This document shows, in pieces, positions 40,262-49,994 of a stretch of DNA of 64,000 nucleotides. This stretch comes from an uncultured candidate division Zixibacteria bacterium. Its GTDB lineage: Bacteria > Zixibacteria > MSB-5A5 > UBA10806 > 4484-95. Below the pieces are notes generated by a model. The model did no database searches, was not told the DNA's origin, and worked only from the letters and a program-made list of their open reading frames with translations. Every line of letters starts with the position of its first letter. Position 1 is the first letter of the stretch. Both the position numbers and the translations under genes were made by a program. The stretch lies in assembly GCA_963668625.2 (NCBI GenBank), contig CAXXKA010000008.1, forward strand, positions 160,001 to 224,000, written 5' to 3'.

Positions 40262-41652
40262 TCAGGCCACGGGATCGGCTTTAGGGCAGATAGGATTGGT
40301 TTGATATATAGTACCAAAAGCTTTCCATGCATCTCTTGAACACCAGCCATTCTTAATAACGCATAAATCATAATGTTCACAATCGTAACAAATGGTTCCC
40401 TGGAACAATGAACGATCGGGTGCAAAAAAGCCTTTGAATCTTTGAGAATTCCAAATTTCTGATAATGTTTGTCGGGAAGTATCACCTAGTACGTATTCAT
40501 CTTCGCATGGTAATTGTTCACAAGGAATTACCTTGCAATTTGGTAATATTACCATACCCGTCCTTCCTGCTGAACAAGCTCCTCTATTAGCAAATCGTTT
40601 TATTTCTTCTTCCTTTGTTTTCGATTTGCTATTTTCAATAGATTCACCAGTGCCGGATAAATGTAAATAAATATCGGGGTGTTTGCTTACAAAATTATCA
40701 ACGAATTCCCTTAACTTAGTTTCTTGAGATTCTAACAGGAACAATTCATCTGAATGCTTATATGCTGATCTAAAATATCTGCTCAGGCGCATTACCTTTA
40801 CTCCAATGTTGTAAAGTTCACACACCAATTCGGGTACATTCTCAGCATTCAGACAGGTAACAATGGTGTTGGTCGAGACCTCAATTTCATTTTTCTGTAA
40901 TCTCTTTATTGTATCAAATGCTTTTGCAGCATACATAGAAACACCTGTCATTATTTTTGCAAGCTCATTTTCAAAGGCATCAATGCTGATTTGAATACTG
41001 CGCAAGCCTATATTTTTCAATCGTGAGATAGTATTATCGGTTAAAAATTGTTTTGTTGACAACTGCAAATCTATTTTTGCTTCAACAATCATCTGAATAA
41101 TATCTATTATATTTTTATGAACAAAAGGATCTCCACCCGATAAGGTTATCACTACTACCTTATTAGTCTTAGCCTGCTCGATAATTTTTGCAATATGCTT
41201 GAACTCCATTTCACCAAGGTGACATGATGATTCATCCTGCGCATAGCAATATATGCAATTTCTCCCCCCGCATTTCTGTGTTATGCACAATACCAAACTT
41301 AATGGGAACTCTAAACAGAAATTATCTAAATTTATTTGTTTTTCGGTATAATAAAATCAAAGGGGTTGTCACTCCTAATAATATCGTTAACTTCTATCAA
41401 GTATTCTTTCCACTCTGTTTGAAGGCGATTTAGAAACTCTATCGCTTCTTGTTCTGTTATAGAAAACAAATATTCTACGATTTTCCTAATATCATCAATA
41501 CTGTTAGCCCCATTAAAATGAGATAAAACAATAGCCGTATTGGGATGTATTGTCTTCATGTCTTTATAATCAAATGAGTCCTCGTTATATTTCACAAATG
41601 CAATATTAGTTCTACATCTATACAACTTGCAGCTAGGGTCCAAGGCAAGCAT
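40262..41652 (-). CDS. RRE(PqqD-like)-radical SAM/SPASM peptide maturase, split by a 1-bp frameshift near 41339-41343
   Basis: Adding one A to the A5 run joins the two ORFs (...PKKQINLDNFCLEFPLSLVLCITQKCGGRNCIYC); SGGDP and QISID motifs; SPASM CSAG...PCE...CYDCEHYDLC...C. Confidence 0.8.
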
Positions 41653-41785
41653 TTTTACAGGTCAAGCACGTCATTTCACAACCGATCGAACATCCAATAC
41701 CATAAGAAATTGCAATGCCTTCAATTGTATTTTTGGAAATTAGACCTGCATTATCCATTGCTGTTTTAAGATCTGTTAGTGACAT
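41633..41785 (-). CDS. Putative RiPP precursor peptide, 50 aa: MSLTDLKTAMDNAGLISKNTIEGIAISYGIGCSIGCEMTCLTCKNACLGP
   Basis: Manual translation; AAGGAAGG RBS upstream; Cx3Cx3Cx2Cx3C core; overlaps the maturase start by 20 nt; absent from the ORF track. Confidence 0.8.
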   Translation of the reverse strand: MSLTDLKTAMDNAGLISKNTIEGIAISYGIGCSIGCEMTCLTCKNACLGP

Positions 41786-42430
41786 TTTCCCTTCCTTTTC
41801 ATGCAATTTAATATTCAGTAAACGTTATCTGAAATAATTTAATTAACAAAAGGGGCGGGCCTCGTTTACGCTCCAAACTATAACCACATAAATAAGGTAG
41901 CATTTATTAATGCCTTTATTTGTCTATTAATTAAAACGCTTAATGTATATTAAAATCCATTTATATTCTCGTGCATTGCAATAGGAGTTTTAGTGATCTG
42001 ATTACGTTATACATTTGAACCATTTTTAGGATAAAAACAGTTGTAATAAATGTGTTTGTATAATATTCTTTTGTCAAAATATCCCTTTCTAAATACGAAG
42101 GTTTTATGTGATTAATTACATCTATTAGATCTATAAGTCAATAATTATAAATATGGTAATATATGCGTAAACAAAAATACTTATATATATATATAAAGCA
42201 ATATTGCTCATTAGGTTAACTTGTTTATCATGCTCCTTGATTCGGGGTCAAAGATTTAATGGATAGTATTACGGTTCAGGTTAAAAATATACAAGGACAG
42301 GACAATTCACTTGCTACTCCACTGGCCCATTGCACTGGCAAACCAAATGGCAATGTCAATTTTAACGTGAGCAAAATGCAAAATAGTTTGCGTTAAGCGA
42401 TGATTTGAATATATTAGAGATTCGATATTG

Positions 42431-42484
42431 GGGCGGTTAGCTCAGCCTTATAGAGCACCCCGACTTGTAGTCGGAAGGGCCGCA
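42431..42484 (+). pseudogene. Truncated tRNA-Val-like duplicate with altered anticodon arm
   Basis: GGGCGGTTAGCTCAG..TAGAGCAC..GGGCCGCA matches the 5' part of the downstream tRNA, but the anticodon arm is CCGAC-TTGTA-GTCGG and there is no T-loop. Confidence 0.55.
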
Positions 42485-42506
42485 TTGAAAATTAGATAGT
42501 TACTTT

Positions 42507-42580
42507 GGGCGGTTAGCTCAGTTGGTTAGAGCACCTGCCTTACACGCAGGGGGCCGCAGGTTCGAGTCCCGCACCGCCCA
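42507..42580 (+). tRNA. tRNA-Val (TAC)
   Basis: Cloverleaf: acceptor GGGCGGT/ACCGCCC, anticodon arm CCTGC-CTTACAC-GCAGG, TTCGAGT T-loop; one A-C mismatch in the T-stem. Confidence 0.92.
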
Positions 42581-42873
42581 TTTGTCCCGCAACGACTTAC
42601 GAGGATTTAGCCAACCTCAAAAAACGCACTATGCCGATTTTATGCCAGGGATTTGGCATATTTAATCTTAGCTGATCACTATTGGCCCAATTTATAAGGT
42701 TCAAATTGGTGCAAAAAACACTACTGATATATCGCTATCGTTACCTTATTGTTGACGTGAGTGTTTCCTTTATAAGTAATATTGAATAATTAACACAGTG
42801 AGTTCTGAACGGCTACAATAAAAGTACAGGCTTTAGTTTGATTTTATCAAAACTGTCTCTTAGATTTTTGCTA

Positions 42874-42903
42874 AATCTGTCGAAAGGGTTCTGAAGACGT
42901 ACA
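42874..42903 (+). repeat. Left 30-bp inverted repeat bracketing the Liv-like module
   Basis: AATCTGTCGAAAGGGTTCTGAAGACGTACA; 28/30 match to the reverse complement of 49995-50024. Confidence 0.8.
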
Positions 42904-42989
42904 CTCCTTAAAAATTAGGTTTTAGCTTGAATCTAAGTTTTTTAGAAGTTATATTTTTAACAATTCGAAAAAAACGATGGAGCGTGTTT

Positions 42990-43145
42990 GTGGTTTCTAA
43001 AAAGAAAGCTTATGTTCGGTCTTTTAAGATGATTTATATTCGACTTGCCAATGACGTTCACCGAAAGCTGAAAATGGAAACCGTAAAGCAAGCGACTACT
43101 ATTCAGAAGTGGGTAGCTAAACTCATTGAAGAAAAATTATCATAA
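42990..43145 (+). CDS. Small ribbon-helix-helix (CopG/HicB-like) DNA-binding protein
   Basis: MIYIRLANDVHRKLK...IQKWVAKLIEEKL beta-alpha-alpha pattern; GTG after GGAG (start uncertain). Confidence 0.6.
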   Translation: MVSKKKAYVRSFKMIYIRLANDVHRKLKMETVKQATTIQKWVAKLIEEKLS

Positions 43146-43182
43146 GGAGTGAAGACAAATTTTAAATTTAGGAGAATAGACC

Positions 43183-44337
43183 ATGCGTATTTTGCAAAAA
43201 ACAGTGCAATCGTTTTCTATTCTGTTACTCACGTTTTTTTTCATCCAATTTTTTCTTATTGGATGCGGTGAAAGAGATAATTCAGTCAATGTGGGTGTGA
43301 TTCTTCCCCTAACCGGTGGTGCTGGGAAATACGGTATTGATGCCAAAGAAGGAATTGAACTAGCGGTTAGTTTAACAAAACCTAGAGGAGAATTAGCCGG
43401 CAAAACCATAAAACTTGCAATTGAAGACGATCAAACATCTCCATCACAAACCGTCAGTGCGTTTCAAAAACTTATTGCCTCTATAAAACCATCTGCTGTA
43501 ATTGGGGGGATGACAAGCACTAGTGCTCTTGCAGCAGCCCCGATTGCTGAGCAAAATGGAGTAGTTTTTTTGTCTCCCTCAGCGTCAACTCCTGATCTTA
43601 CAGATGCGGGCGATTTTATATTTCGAAACGAACTATCGGATGCTATTGGAGGAATTGAACAAGCAGTTTTTGCTAGAGATTCTTTAGATTTATTTAAAGT
43701 AGCTATTTTGTACATAAACAACGACTACGGTATTGGAGTAAAAAATGCTTTTACTAACACTTTCAAGAGCTATGGTGGCAGCATTGTTTGTAGTGAGCCA
43801 TTTGAAGCCGATGCTCAGGATTTTAGATTTGTACTGACCAAAATAATCGCAAGCAAGCCACAAGCACTATTTTTCATCGCATATAAAGAATCAATACCTA
43901 TTCTTAGGCAATTAAAAGAACTTGGAGCCAAATTTAAATTACTAAGCACGCCAGTTTTTGAAGATCGTGATGTATTAAATCAACTTGGTGACCTAGCGGA
44001 TGGAGTTATCTATGTATACTACGGTGGTTTTTCCGTGGACGCGGACAACCAATTAGTTAAGAATTTTGTAGACAAATTTAAAAACGCGTACGGACGTGAA
44101 CCAGGCTACTATGCTGCACTAGGATTTGATGCGATGAATTTACTAATTAATGCGATGGAGAATGGTGGTCTTTCAAGTGAGGAAATACGTGATGCTTTAT
44201 ACAAGATAAAGGATTATAGGGGGGTAACAGGTTTAACGAGTTTCACAAAGGATGGAGATGTTGAAAAACCAGTGATTTTTAAAGATGTGGAAAACGGGCA
44301 GTTTGGGATTTGGCAACGGAATAACGAAAATGAGTGA
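43183..44337 (+). CDS. LivJ/LivK-type (HAAT) ABC substrate-binding lipoprotein
   Basis: Lipobox LIGC; VGVILPLTG, IEDD, NNDYG and GVTGLTSF..DGD motifs. Confidence 0.9.
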   Translation: MRILQKTVQSFSILLLTFFFIQFFLIGCGERDNSVNVGVILPLTGGAGKYGIDAKEGIELAVSLTKPRGELAGKTIKLAIEDDQTSPSQTVSAFQKLIASIKPSAVIGGMTSTSALAAAPIAEQNGVVFLSPSASTPDLTDAGDFIFRNELSDAIGGIEQAVFARDSLDLFKVAILYINNDYGIGVKNAFTNTFKSYGGSIVCSEPFEADAQDFRFVLTKIIASKPQALFFIAYKESIPILRQLKELGAKFKLLSTPVFEDRDVLNQLGDLADGVIYVYYGGFSVDADNQLVKNFVDKFKNAYGREPGYYAALGFDAMNLLINAMENGGLSSEEIRDALYKIKDYRGVTGLTSFTKDGDVEKPVIFKDVENGQFGIWQRNNENE

Positions 44338-45796
44338 TAAGGTAAAGCGTTGGATATTTTGGGCAGCCGCTACAATTATATCAATTCTTGTCTCTTCGGC
44401 ACTTGTCGCAAATGTGCTTGATCCAACCTTGGAGGATATATTAAGGAACTGGCTTGGTAAGGATTCTGTAGAAATCCCATTTTGGGTCGAATTATTAGAA
44501 ACAATAGTGGTCGCCACTCTTACATTCCTTAGCTTAATATATCTAAGTAGTATAGCATATTTAAATCTTCGCGGTGTTCATGAAGAGGTGTTAAAAGAGT
44601 TAATGACTAAAACCATTGAAGATGATTTAAGGCGAGTCCACTTAGAAGTAATGAGAGATACTATCAATGATTTAATTAATAAGGGTTTACGAACAGTACA
44701 TGAGCAAATATTAAATGACACATTTAATGTCCAGGTAGCGAATAAGCTTAAGATTGTAATGAGTGCTTTAATGGAAGAATTGGCTAGGACCTCCGAGGCA
44801 GAAACATATTTTGCATATCATACGCTACTTAAACATACAACCGGAATGCGTAATTTAATAAATAGGATTGTAGATCTTCCGTGTCATCCTACGACAATGA
44901 GTGTACTGATTGATGATTATGGGAAGAAGGCCAATCAGTCCAAATTCCTGGTAGATTTTCCCACATTTCTTAAACTCGGAGAGACTCTGGTAGGGGTTTC
45001 CAAAAAGATGTGTTTTGTAAATACTACGCCACCATATGAGTGGTGGTATCTTAATCAATCTGGCCGAATAACTGAAACAACCGAGGCAATTAAATCCTAT
45101 AGGAATTGTATAGGTGAAAAGCTCACTGCAGGTGCTCAAGTAGGTAGAATTACCTTATTGAGGCATGAGGAAGCACTTACGTCGTTTTTAAAGTATGAAC
45201 TTGAAGGATATCATCAACGACGCGGAATAAATATCTTTGGGTCAGATCTTGATGACGAATCTGCCCTACCGGTCGTAGAATGGTTTCAGATTATTTTAAG
45301 GACTATTCAAACGCGTTTACAGTCGACAAAGGCGTACGCTGACGAAACACTGAAGAAAATTGAATCGGCCAAAAGTTCTAAAGAAAAGCTGATAAAATTA
45401 CTCGACCATATAAATCCAGATAGAAAAAAGTTTACTGGCGAGTTTGAACAGTTGTCAAAAGAATGTTCAGATCTAGTTATGGCTGATTTTAGTCCTTTGC
45501 ATTCACCCGAGAATGATGGTATTTATGTAATAAAACAACATCTAACTGAAGGTATGCAAGATGATTTTGAATCAGTTATGAGAGAAGAGGGTATTTTCTA
45601 CGACAATAATGACAGAGCGTATTTGCTTAGGATGGAAGAAGCAAATAGCGTAAATGTACTAATAGCAACTGTCAAAACGCTTTCAGAATCAGATTTGGGA
45701 AAAACAAATTTTAAAAGAATTCTGGATAACTTTGTTAACGCAGTTGGACAATCTCAGGCAGTTGGTTATTTTAGGAGTACTGCAAAGGCTTATTAA
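44330..45796 (+). CDS. Hypothetical protein: two N-terminal TM helices, helical repeats, large unknown soluble domain
   Basis: ATG overlaps the binding-protein stop (ATGAGTGA); LRGVHEEV/LRRVHLEV/LRTVHEQI repeats. Confidence 0.75.
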   Translation: MSDKVKRWIFWAAATIISILVSSALVANVLDPTLEDILRNWLGKDSVEIPFWVELLETIVVATLTFLSLIYLSSIAYLNLRGVHEEVLKELMTKTIEDDLRRVHLEVMRDTINDLINKGLRTVHEQILNDTFNVQVANKLKIVMSALMEELARTSEAETYFAYHTLLKHTTGMRNLINRIVDLPCHPTTMSVLIDDYGKKANQSKFLVDFPTFLKLGETLVGVSKKMCFVNTTPPYEWWYLNQSGRITETTEAIKSYRNCIGEKLTAGAQVGRITLLRHEEALTSFLKYELEGYHQRRGINIFGSDLDDESALPVVEWFQIILRTIQTRLQSTKAYADETLKKIESAKSSKEKLIKLLDHINPDRKKFTGEFEQLSKECSDLVMADFSPLHSPENDGIYVIKQHLTEGMQDDFESVMREEGIFYDNNDRAYLLRMEEANSVNVLIATVKTLSESDLGKTNFKRILDNFVNAVGQSQAVGYFRSTAKAY

Positions 45797-45797
45797 T

Positions 45798-46703
45798 ATG
45801 GATAAAGAGCATCCCTATCGCAATACGATGGTCATAGTTTCTGGAGTCGGCTGTCGTAAAGCGGAACGTATTTTCGATCAAAAGACACATGATCCAATTC
45901 TATTGGATGGCATAACATATAAAATGAACATCGGGGCATCGATAGCAAAACTCTTGGCTGTGGCTGGTGCAAGAATATTCATGTTGGCAAGAAATGAAGC
46001 TTCATTAGAGGCCGTGCATAATCATATTGTTAAATTAGAAGGTGTTGATAGCTCGAATTTAACATATTGTGCGATAGACTTACTTGAAAAGAAGCGAGTT
46101 TATAAGCTCTTAGAAGGCGTTTCTTCTTCAGAAAGGATCTGGCTAGTTCATAGCGTTGGGCTAGGTTCGGAAAATTATAGTGATACGCATGGGAATCCAT
46201 ATTTACCATTTCATGAGTTAAATTCGGACTTATTATCGCTTGAATATGAATTGCCAGTTAAAAGTCTTCTACATTTGATCGCGCCATTAAAACGTAGGTT
46301 TGACAATCAAGATTGTTCAAAATTAGTTGTAGTTTCCTCAATGAGTGGTATCAGACCATATATATATGGTTTTTCTCATGCTGCTGCTAAGGCCGGGCTA
46401 CACCACGCCATCAGAAGTCTTGGTCTAGAGCTGTCTTATTCAAATCCTAGAATACATGTATCAGAAATTCTTCCGGGCATAGTGGATACTGGATTATATG
46501 ATTCGCCTGAAGTAATAGATGCCGTTTCTCATATTGCCGAATCTTTTGGATATACAGGCTCAAGGAAGTTGACTGAGCATAATTTCCCGTTAATGTCGCC
46601 AAAAGATGTAGCATCTGCCATTCACTATTGTTTGACTACTAAATCTCACGTGTTGTCAATGAATCTTATCCCTCCAGGACAATTCGTTAATCAGGGCGCA
46701 TGA
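45798..46703 (+). CDS. Atypical SDR-family oxidoreductase
   Basis: VIVSG...IGASIA (with insertion), VSSMSG, HAAAK in place of YxxxK, PGIVDT. Confidence 0.8.
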   Translation: MDKEHPYRNTMVIVSGVGCRKAERIFDQKTHDPILLDGITYKMNIGASIAKLLAVAGARIFMLARNEASLEAVHNHIVKLEGVDSSNLTYCAIDLLEKKRVYKLLEGVSSSERIWLVHSVGLGSENYSDTHGNPYLPFHELNSDLLSLEYELPVKSLLHLIAPLKRRFDNQDCSKLVVVSSMSGIRPYIYGFSHAAAKAGLHHAIRSLGLELSYSNPRIHVSEILPGIVDTGLYDSPEVIDAVSHIAESFGYTGSRKLTEHNFPLMSPKDVASAIHYCLTTKSHVLSMNLIPPGQFVNQGA

Positions 46704-46707
46704 TGAT

Positions 46708-47603
46708 ATGATTGACCAGCCTAGTTTAATAAGTAGTGCGATAGTATATGGAATTATTGCAGGGAGTATATATGTTTTAGTTGCCCTTGGGTTTACTATT
46801 ATTTATCGGACAGTGAAGTTTTTTCATTTCGCCCATGGAGCGGTTTATGCAGTGGGGGCATATGCAGCCTATAGTCTTATCATCGGGCTTGAGTGGAATC
46901 CAATCCTGAGTTTTTTTTTGCCATTTTAATTTCAAGTATCGTTGGAGTATTAATTGATCGAGCGGTTTACCTTCCTCTCCGTAAACGCAAAGCATCGAAT
47001 CTTGTATACTTACTGGCTTCGTTTGGTATCTTTATATTCATACAAAATGTCTTCCAATTGCTTTATGGCGCGCAGATATTATCCATCCGTACCGGTGAGG
47101 TGAAAGTCGGGCACAGCGTATTCGGAGCGATTATAACCGATATACAGATACTCATACTTGTGGTCAGCTTAGTCTTATCATCAGGCTTGTGGATCTATAT
47201 CAAATACACCAAGCTCGGCAAAGCCATGCGCGCAGTTGCCGATGATCCTGTGGCGGCACGCGTTGTCGGGATAAACTCCGAGCGTGTTATTTCATGGTCT
47301 TTTGCTATTGGTTCTATGTTAGCAGGAGCTGCCGGAGTTTTAATCGCTTACGAGACAAACCTTGAGCCGACCATGGGTATGAATGCAATACTTAAAGGAA
47401 TAATTGCTTCAATAGTAGGCGGTATCGGTTCAATACCAGGGGCTATGTTGGGTGGGTTCTTTCTAGGACTGGCTGAGAACCTCGGAATCTGGAAAATACA
47501 AGCGGGCTGGAAAGATGCAATAGCTTTCGCCATACTAATTATATTTTTGCTTTTTAGGCCAGGCGGAATTATGGGTGTAAACATTCACAAAGATAGGCTT
47601 TAG
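46708..47603 (+). CDS. livH: LivH-like ABC permease, frameshifted at the T9 run (46911-46919)
   Basis: LVALGFTIIY..FAHG in the first frame; GKAMRAVA and IVGGIGSIPGA in the second; one extra T joins them. Confidence 0.8.
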
Positions 47604-47605
47604 CT

Positions 47606-48475
47606 GTGGAATATATTGTTCATATACTGATAATAACAGGCATTTACATTATCCTTACTCTGAGCCTGAACCTCGTTGTAGGTTATACGGGGATGCCTGC
47701 GCTCGGTCACGCTGCCTTTACTTGCATGGGTGCTTACACGTCATCATTACTTGCATTAAACTATGGCATCACTCCCTGGCTTGGATTAGTTGTAGGAGCC
47801 ATATTTGCATCTATATTGGGAATAATAATAAGCTTGCCCTCAATACGCCTAAAGGGCGATTACTTTGCTTTAGCGACTTTCGGTTTGGGCATAATAGTAT
47901 ACTCTATATCTAAAAACTGGGTAGGGCTAACAAGAGGGCCATTAGGCTTACCTGGCATACCGGGATTCAGTATATTCGGATTTGAATTGTCCAGTGTCTG
48001 GACATATATCTTGCTGGTCGTAGTATTTATTGCAATCACCTACATAATAATGCGAAATATAGTCAACTCACCATTCGGCAGAATATTGAAAGGCATACGC
48101 GAGGATGAAGTAGCTTCACAAGCTATGGGAAAAGATGTAAATCGCTACCGAGTTATTGTATTTATTGTGAGTGCGTTTTTTGCGGGTATTGCTGGAAGCT
48201 TATACGCTCATTATATCACGTTCATCGATCCCTCAAGTTTCACAGTGATGGAGTCAATCACTATACTCCTGATGGTAGTATTTGGTGGTATGGCAAGCTT
48301 AGGTGGATCTTTCGTCGGTGCAGCGATACTTGTAATATTCCCTGAATTGCTTCGTTTTCTGGGAATGCCTAGTTCAGTAGCGGCTCCGCTCCGTCAGATG
48401 ATATATGGCTTGCTGTTGATTCTACTGATGATTAAAAGGCCTCAGGGGATATTGGGGAAGTACAGGTTTAGATAA
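47606..48475 (+). CDS. livM: LivM-like ABC permease
   Basis: SLNLVVGYTG..LGHAAF, RLKGDYFALAT, IREDE and RPQGILG motifs. Confidence 0.88.
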   Translation: MEYIVHILIITGIYIILTLSLNLVVGYTGMPALGHAAFTCMGAYTSSLLALNYGITPWLGLVVGAIFASILGIIISLPSIRLKGDYFALATFGLGIIVYSISKNWVGLTRGPLGLPGIPGFSIFGFELSSVWTYILLVVVFIAITYIIMRNIVNSPFGRILKGIREDEVASQAMGKDVNRYRVIVFIVSAFFAGIAGSLYAHYITFIDPSSFTVMESITILLMVVFGGMASLGGSFVGAAILVIFPELLRFLGMPSSVAAPLRQMIYGLLLILLMIKRPQGILGKYRFR

Positions 48476-48479
48476 AAGT

Positions 48480-49253
48480 ATGCCGTTACTAGAACTAAAA
48501 AATATCAAAAAAGATTTTGATGGCGTAAGAGCTGTCGATAAACTCTCAATGGAGATTTCCTGCGGAGAGCTTGTTGCATTAATAGGTCCTAACGGTGCTG
48601 GCAAAACTACTGCTTTTAATATTATTACCGGGTTTATTAAAGCAAATGAAGGAAAAATAACTTACAATAACGTAGATATAACAAGTAATCCACCACATCA
48701 AATAGCATTGTCCGGAATCGGGAGAACATTCCAAAATATCAGACTCTTCCCGCAACTTACGGTGCTTGATAATGTGCTACTTGCTTTAAAGTACAAGTCG
48801 GGTGACTCATTATTTAGTGCTATCTTGCAAACTCGAAACATGAAATCAGAAGAAAAATCAAATATAGAAAAAGCAATGGAATTACTAGATTTTGTCAATA
48901 TTGCAGAAAAGCGGGATCAATTAGCTCAGAACATGTCTCATGGCCAGAGACGTCTCTTAGAAATAGCAAGAGCCATGGCTTTAGATCCACAGCTATTACT
49001 ATTAGATGAGCCGATGTCCGGGTTATCGCCAACGATGATCATCGAAATGAAGAATATCATCCAGGAATTAGAATCCAAAGGAAAAACTATTCTTTTTATT
49101 GAGCATAATATGGATGTGGTAATGAATCTGGCTAAAAGAATTATTGTACTTAACCATGGAAAAAAGATTGCGGATGGAATGCCTGATGAGATTAGGTCAA
49201 ATACTGAGGTAATAAACGCCTATCTAGGGCGGAGGTCCAATGGCGCTGCTTGA
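48480..49253 (+). CDS. livG: LivG-like ABC ATPase
   Basis: GPNGAGKTT, GRTFQNIRLF, LLDEP, IEHNM and AYLG motifs. Confidence 0.9.
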   Translation: MPLLELKNIKKDFDGVRAVDKLSMEISCGELVALIGPNGAGKTTAFNIITGFIKANEGKITYNNVDITSNPPHQIALSGIGRTFQNIRLFPQLTVLDNVLLALKYKSGDSLFSAILQTRNMKSEEKSNIEKAMELLDFVNIAEKRDQLAQNMSHGQRRLLEIARAMALDPQLLLLDEPMSGLSPTMIIEMKNIIQELESKGKTILFIEHNMDVVMNLAKRIIVLNHGKKIADGMPDEIRSNTEVINAYLGRRSNGAA

Positions 49254-49965
49254 TGTTAATAACCTTGATGTGTATTATGGCAAGGTAAAAGCGTTAGAAA
49301 ATGCGTCCTTCTTTGTTGAAAAATCAGAGATTGTAGCGATGATTGGCCCGAATGGCGCAGGTAAATCTACGGCATTAAAAGCTATAGCATCACTATTAGA
49401 TAATTACGATGGATCAATTAGCTCGGGAAGTATTAGTTTCAATGGAAAAAATATAAAGGATTTAAGAACAGATCAATTAGTTAAACTTGGTATTGCCATT
49501 GTGCCGGAAGGTAGACGAGTTTTTCATTCGCTGACCGTTAAAGAGAATTTAGAAATGGGCGGAATCAGCGTTGATTCTAAAGATAAACTTGAAAAACAGC
49601 TAGAGAAAGTCGTGAGTCTTTTCCCCGTGTTGAAGGATCGCTTTAAGCAAAAGGGGGGCACATTATCCGGAGGAGAACAGCAAATGTTGGCACTTGGCAG
49701 AGCGTTGATGTTGAATCCAGGTTTGCTTTTGGCTGATGAACCATCATTAGGTTTATCACCGAATTATATAGAAGCTATATTTGACAAGTTAACGGAAATA
49801 ATTAAAACAGGAACAGCTATATTATTGGTAGAGCAAAACGCACGCAAAGCCCTCGAAATAGCTCACCGCGGATATCTATTTGGTATTGGTAAAATAATAA
49901 AAGATGATTCTTGCGAAAACCTTAAGAAAGATGAACAGGTGCAGAAAGCCTATTTAGGTGGCTAG
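49240..49965 (+). CDS. livF: LivF-like ABC ATPase
   Basis: GPNGAGKST, VPEGRRVF, LSGGEQQML, LVEQN and AYLGG motifs. Confidence 0.9.
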   Translation: MALLDVNNLDVYYGKVKALENASFFVEKSEIVAMIGPNGAGKSTALKAIASLLDNYDGSISSGSISFNGKNIKDLRTDQLVKLGIAIVPEGRRVFHSLTVKENLEMGGISVDSKDKLEKQLEKVVSLFPVLKDRFKQKGGTLSGGEQQMLALGRALMLNPGLLLADEPSLGLSPNYIEAIFDKLTEIIKTGTAILLVEQNARKALEIAHRGYLFGIGKIIKDDSCENLKKDEQVQKAYLGG

Positions 49966-49994
49966 GAAATTCACTTCAGATCCTTCTGCCCACA

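Noticed and set aside
41332-41652. Stand-alone PqqD-like gene
   Set aside because: One added base fuses it seamlessly to the radical SAM domain, and the downstream ORF starts at a TTG only eight codons before its first cluster Cys; treated as one frameshifted gene
42431-42484. Second functional tRNA
   Set aside because: It has a 5-nt anticodon loop and lacks the T-loop and 3' acceptor strand
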